DNA of 64,000 bases from Tubulanus polymorphus (Eukaryota; Animalia; Nemertea). Below, in pieces: positions 63,392-64,000 of this stretch (position 1 is the first letter of the stretch; each line of letters starts with the position of its first letter). The position numbers and the translations under genes are program-made. The notes beneath the pieces are model-generated. The model saw only the letters and a list, made by a program, of their open reading frames with translations, searched no databases and was not told the origin of the DNA. The stretch covers positions 2,752,175-2,816,174 of the forward strand of contig NC_134032.1 of assembly GCF_964204645.1 (NCBI RefSeq). Direction: 5' to 3'.

Positions 63392-64000
63392 ATGAGTGGG
63401 AGTTATATAAGTCCTTCTAAGAATCATAGAATATCTAATGCTATTAAAGCAGAAAGATCACATCATATAATTACTCATAACCCTTCAAATATTAATCCCG
63501 ATGAAACTTTATATGTTAGAATCCCTCGATTAACACAAAATACTTTTTATGTTCCAAATAGTATTTATTTATCGGCTGATATAAAAGTAATCGGTAATAA
63601 TAATAATTATGTCGTTGATAATGTTGGAAGATATTTGATTAAAAAATTAACAATAAAGATTGGTCCAGAAACAGTTTCCTCATTAGATGATTATAATTTA
63701 TTTATGCATTATAAAGTTGTATGGTTAACTAAAGAAAATAGAAATAATATGATATTTCAAGGAATCCAATCAGAAAACCAAAATAAATTAAGATCAGATG
63801 CTAATAGCGCAATATTAACTAATGATGTAGATAAATTGATAAAAAGTATATATGGAAGCAAATATAAAATTCCATTAGATTTTGAATTGATAAATAATAA
63901 TGCACCTTTATATAAATACGCAATTCAAGAAGATGTTATATTCGAAATAACATTTGCTCCTGTAAATGAAATTGTATTATCTAGCGTTAATAAAGATATG
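63392..64000 (+). CDS. Major capsid protein (double jelly-roll, Polinton type), 5' part
   Basis: Not in the ORF track because there is no stop. Open for 203 codons: MSGSYISPSKNHR...IITHNPSNINPDETLYVRIPRL...VPNSIYLSADI...VDNVGRYLIKKLTIKIG...YKIPLDF, matching the N-terminal jelly-roll of Polinton MCPs as I recall them. Has the promoter motif. Confidence 0.8.
   Translation, partial: MSGSYISPSKNHRISNAIKAERSHHIITHNPSNINPDETLYVRIPRLTQNTFYVPNSIYLSADIKVIGNNNNYVVDNVGRYLIKKLTIKIGPETVSSLDDYNLFMHYKVVWLTKENRNNMIFQGIQSENQNKLRSDANSAILTNDVDKLIKSIYGSKYKIPLDFELINNNAPLYKYAIQEDVIFEITFAPVNEIVLSSVNKDM

Larger units (their letters stand above)
46531..64000 (+). mobile_element. Endogenous Polinton/Maverick-like (adintovirus-like) dsDNA virus, continuing beyond the window
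   Basis: Abrupt shift to very AT-rich, intron-less, tightly packed ORFs encoding pPolB x2, a VLTF3-like factor, penton, membrane proteins and major capsid. Integrase, packaging ATPase and protease are not seen in the window; the left boundary is approximate. Confidence 0.9.

Noticed and set aside
61826-63427. Minus-strand ORFs overlapping viral genes (also 50934, 51154, 54286, 55126, 60053, 60781)
   Set aside because: Shadow frames of AT-rich sense genes, with no motifs and no promoter cassette.
46531-64000. Giant virus (NCLDV) or poxvirus insertion
   Set aside because: The polymerases are of the protein-primed Polinton type, the capsid proteins look Polinton-like, and no RNA polymerase, D5 primase or capping enzyme is visible.

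Overview
Eukaryotic nuclear DNA, probably from a marine invertebrate (inferred from the repeat types and a GRL101-type receptor), in three zones. (1) 1-30 kb is a transposon graveyard: LINE and gypsy fragments, Helentron-type non-autonomous elements, nested MITEs with clean TIRs/TSDs, a nearly intact 2.8-kb Kolobok-type DNA transposon (17839-20636), and decayed SWIM/CxC-, Josephin- and PHD-like coding pieces. (2) 30-46 kb holds a 3-exon, minus-strand CUB/C-type-lectin/LDLa/LRR GPCR (GRL101/LGR-like, two frameshifts) and exons of a secreted PAN-domain gene. (3) From about 46.1 kb to the window end lies a very AT-rich, gene-dense endogenous Polinton/Maverick-like (adintovirus-like) virus, the standout feature. 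It carries two tandem, diverged protein-primed family-B DNA polymerase genes, the second with an intact 355-aa LAGLIDADG intein in the catalytic YxD^TD motif and the first with the empty site. It also carries a poxvirus/NCLDV VLTF3-like late transcription factor, a penton, a run of membrane proteins and the start of the major capsid protein. Nearly every gene is preceded by a fixed-spacing TAATTTTT-N-ATAAATG element resembling poxvirus late promoters, and a second motif (AATTTTAATAAAA) marks the replication/transcription genes. My inference is an animal Polinton-like virus that borrows the transcription machinery of a pox-like/NCLDV helper. All protein assignments are by-eye motif recognition; no searches were run.
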